Program-made: the position numbers and the translations under genes
Source: Octopus vulgaris
Lineage: Eukaryota
Length of the DNA: 64,000 nucleotides
Assembly (NCBI GenBank): GCA_951406725.2
Contig: OX597822.1
Span: forward strand, 114,700,001 to 114,764,000
Reading direction: 5' to 3'
Shown: one piece after another, positions 60,540 to 64,000 of the stretch
Position numbering within the stretch: the first letter of the stretch is position 1
Layout of the letters: each line of letters starts with the position of its first letter
The notes under the pieces: model-generated
Told to the model about the DNA's origin: nothing
The model's input: only the letters and a program-made list of their open reading frames with translations
Databases searched by the model: none

Positions 60540-61255
60540 CAAGAGGGGACTGGATGGTTTAAGCTTCTAGAAAATAGTAAGAATAGTATATTCTTGCAAT
60601 TAGATATAGAGAGCTATTGTGTCACTATCAACCCGATCGTCCTTAAACAAGCCCCGATATGTAGCATGAGAAACTCCGGTTTGTCCCGCCGTGAAATAGA
60701 TATTAAACTTGTCGCGCGAGCCACTCTAGTAGATATTGATGGTAGATTATGGAGTAGATTAGAAAGGGATAATGGTTTTGATACAGCAGTGGGGTCATAT
60801 GATTCTGCACCGGTCACAGACCTACTAGGAGTATATATCTTTTCATTAACCCAGTCTTCCTTTCCGGAAGTGACGGGGGTCTGTATAGGGATGACGCCAT
60901 GTTTTTTCTGAACAGAAGTAGCAAAGTACAATTAGAAAGGCACAGGGAAAATTTCTTTAGACTTTTTAAAAATTTAGGGCTAAACATTACTATGGGAAAG
61001 GATTATTGTAGAGTGAATTTACGCTACCTTCTGTCTTTATACTGGTTTATTTGAACCATTTCATAAGCCTAATTGTTATATTAAGTACATTAACGCAGCA
61101 TCTAATCATCCACTGTCGATAATACGGGGATTAGCTTAAAATATTTCTGCAAGAATTTCTAGATTATCCGCTAATAATAAAATTTTCAAATAACATGCAA
61201 CTTATCATAGCGCTGTTTTAGCTTGGGCTGGTTACCGTGAAAAAATTCAGTATGG
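60540..61255 (+). pseudogene. Decayed Penelope-like element reverse transcriptase (resembles the Naiad clade)
   Basis: GWFKLLENSKNSIFLQLDIESY; FDTAVGSYDSAPVTDLLGVYI; after a frameshift GLYRDDAM (60878-60901); FKNLGLNIT; EPFHKPN..YINAASNHPLSII; RISRLSAN; AGY. Frameshifts and TAA stops present. Confidence 0.85.
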
Positions 61256-62305
61256 TTTATTGAGTGCGTTAGATCTCTACTACACCAGCGTAGGCATAGG
61301 AAAAACTATACCAACATTTGTACACACACACACATAATAACGCGCACATCCGCACATATACGTATACATATGCACTCTTATGCACTGTGTCTGCAAACAT
61401 TCGCGTATATATATATATATATACATATTCAAATATGCATTTGCGTACTCATACGTATAAGAAAAACATATACATATATATCCAACCATAAATATACATA
61501 TCCATACAATAATATACATACACATGTATATACATATGAATACATTTCGACATATCCACATATATTTACTAAATTAAAAAATATATGTTTGTCATCGAGT
61601 GGCGTATAGATAAGCCAGCGCAGGCAGGGAATAAACCAACCGTAAGGAAGACTATGGTAATTTAAATTCAAATCCACGAGCCAATCATATTTTAGCGCTA
61701 GATCCGTAACCATTTCTGAAAGTAATAGTGTATTTATGTCACAAGGAAAATTATAAACTTGAACTCGGACTTACATCTGTGCACCTGTGGATCTTAATGT
61801 AGTGTAAACAGAATGCTTGTACTTCATATTTCGTATGTATATGCGAATATCTAACACTTTGCATGGCATTGTAGTACTATTGTGACTATATTGCTAATAA
61901 TGGAATCTATGTATTGTTTTTCTAGTATTAGCGTTATTAATAATAATATGAATGATGATATTGGTAGCATTAGTGGTAATGACAATGATAATGATGCTAA
62001 CATTAATGACATTTTGGAAATTAATAAGAATTAATATAATGTACTCTTGACTCCGTATATCTGCATTTAGGTATTAATATGTGTATGTTTTTCTACATTG
62101 TAATTATCACAATATTAAGTTGAAAAACTGTAACATTGAATGTGGAACATATGTATGTTTATTGATCTATATTATTTATATCATTATGTATATTTATATG
62201 TATAGGAGTATGAGTATATGCACTCATATGTATATGTATATGTTTTATTATGGGTATGTACCCACACCTATATAAGTATGTATGTAATCTGATTTGTATC
62301 ACATA

Positions 62306-62432
62306 ATCTCCGAAGAGGCCTTAGGATATTTTTGTAAATGTCTCATTTATAACAACATATTGACCTACCATAAATGGCTAATATAAGTAAAATGAGACAT
62401 ACTTATCTACATGGCCGAAACAGCTGTAAGAT
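62306..62432 (+). ncRNA. Type I hammerhead ribozyme (U4C) downstream of the Penelope RT; same family as 3620-3727
   Basis: AUCU-CCGAAGA-GGCC...GGCC-GAAA-CAGCUG-UA-AGAU. Confidence 0.7.
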
Positions 62433-62737
62433 GTAGTCTATATTTATATCTATGTGTACTTATATTTATTTTCTCTTATACATATTCTACTTATTGTATA
62501 ACATTACTCTTTTATGTACACTCCTTTATGTACACTGTTTTGCCCTACATTATTATGTTTAACCTTATAGTTTCTTATGTGGTGGTTTAATAAAGTATGT
62601 GATTGAGTATTATCTGGTAATTGATATTTGATTTCAATGTATTTCTCTATTTTCTTATTTTGTATTATGAATTTGTGGTAAAACATTTTACCTTTGCCCA
62701 TATAATACAGTAAATGAATTGATTGCATCGCAATTCT

Positions 62738-62834
62738 TAACATTTATGTATTAACCTTGCTGGGTACTTCACTAGCAGTATACTGGATATATGTTATCCC
62801 ATGGGGGGTTGCACTCACAACCCCTATCTCAATT

Positions 62835-62880
<46 letters not shown>

Positions 62881-63009
62881 TACATGCATACGTACATACA
62901 TAAATACATACATAACATTTATGTATTAACTTTGCTGGGTACTTCACTAGCAGTATATTCGATATATGTTATCCCATGGAAGGTTGCATTTACAACCCCT
63001 ATCTCAATT

Positions 63010-63063
<54 letters not shown>

Positions 63064-63086
63064 TACATGCATACGTACATACATAA

Positions 63087-63095
<9 letters not shown>
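62738..63095. repeat. About 175-bp tandem duplication containing (TA)n
   Basis: AACATTTATGTATTAAC.TTGCTGGGTACTTCACTAGCAG occurs twice. Confidence 0.9.
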
Positions 63096-63128
<33 letters not shown>

Positions 63129-63293
63129 TTGTTATCGCCATATTAATATGGCATTCTTATAGATATAAGAATAATCGCTGCCGCTGGTCAGCTCCATGAG
63201 GCCACCGCCTTAAGATAGCTATTGATACACGATCTGTATCCATTATAACCTTCGAACAAGGGAGGTCAGCCGCTTCACACTGCCAGTCCGACA

Positions 63294-63331
63294 GCTACAG
63301 ACGCGTTTCGGGGTATTGCCCCTTGTCAATG
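63294..63331 (-). ncRNA. HHR copy truncated in stem I at the inversion junction
   Basis: CA-UUGACAA-GGGG-CAAUA-CCCC-GAAA-CGCG-UC-UGUAGC. Confidence 0.75.
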
Positions 63332-63625
63332 ACCTCCCTTGTTCGAAGGTTATAATGGATACAGATTGTGTATCAATAGCTATCTTAAGGCGGTGGCCCC
63401 ATGGAGCTGACCAGCGGCAGCGATTATTCTTATATCTATAAGAATGCCATATTAATATGGCGATAACAATTATTTCCAGTAAACGCTGTCGTAATCTCTT
63501 TTATAGAGACTTAGTAATTTTAATATTTCTATTATTGAAAACAAGTGGATGTATTCCACTGTAACTAGGTAAATATAAGCCTTCGAACAGAGACGTCAGT
63601 GGCGACACCTGCGGGGTCTGACTGC

Positions 63626-63667
63626 GCTACATTGACAAGGGGCAATACCCCGAAACGCGTCTGTAGC
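63626..63667 (+). ncRNA. Intact type I hammerhead ribozyme, U3:A8 core
   Basis: GCUACA-UUGACAA-GGGG-CAAUA-CCCC-GAAA-CGCG-UC-UGUAGC. Stem I 6 bp, stem II 4 G-C pairs, palindromic stem III ACGCGU, GUC site at 63659-63661. Confidence 0.9.
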
Positions 63668-64000
63668 TGTCGGACTGGCAGTGTGAAGCGGCTGACCTCC
63701 CTTGTTCGAAGGTTATAATGGATACAGATCGTGTATCAATAGCTATCTTAAGGCGGTGGCCTCATGGAGCTGACCAGCGGCAGCGATTATTCTTATATCT
63801 ATAAGAATGCCATATTAATATGGCGATAACAATTATTTCCAGTAAACGCTGTCGTAATCTCTTTTATAGAGACTTAGTAATTTTAATATTTCTATTATAT
63901 ATATATATATGGGGGAGGGGCTGGTTGTGTGTGTGTTTAATTTTGGTATATGGTTTAAAATGATGCATTTTGGGTCATTTTACCATTAATCACACACACG

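Larger units (their letters stand above)
63123..63898. mobile_element. Young retrozyme/pseudo-LTR array: inverted copy (63123-63331) plus partial tandem of a 363-nt unit, in (TA)n
   Basis: GACCTCCCTTGTTCG at 63331 and 63694 (period 363); the inverted arm is near-identical. Confidence 0.9.

Noticed and set aside
60614-60931. Minus-strand 105-aa ORF
   Set aside because: Antisense shadow of the plus-strand Penelope RT

Overview
AT-rich, microsatellite-saturated eukaryotic DNA. The SINE families, (TA)n/(CA)n/(TATG)n density and LINE complement look like a coleoid cephalopod, probably Octopus (inference). The only host coding sequence I can recognise is the terminal exon of a serine dehydratase (SDS/SDSL-like) gene at 563-750 (+). 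The rest is repeats: tRNA-derived SINEs, RTE, CR1/L2-like and R4/Dong-type LINE fragments, mariner/Tc1 and hAT relics, Helitron-like elements, and a decayed Penelope-like reverse transcriptase at about 60540-61255. The main signal not shown by the ORF track is a dense population of type I hammerhead ribozyme (HHR) motifs: more than 12 motifs in about 8 sequence families. Most have a palindromic stem III. Several carry a compensatory U3:A8 core. Some have very large stem II inserts, including whole microsatellites. They sit in short non-coding elements inserted in (TA)n tracts, in partial-tandem or head-to-head inverted arrangements, and the inversion points often fall in or next to the ribozyme. 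This fits a Penelope pseudo-LTR / retrozyme system. Ribozyme folds were read by eye and activity is untested. Almost all long ORFs in the track are microsatellite artefacts.
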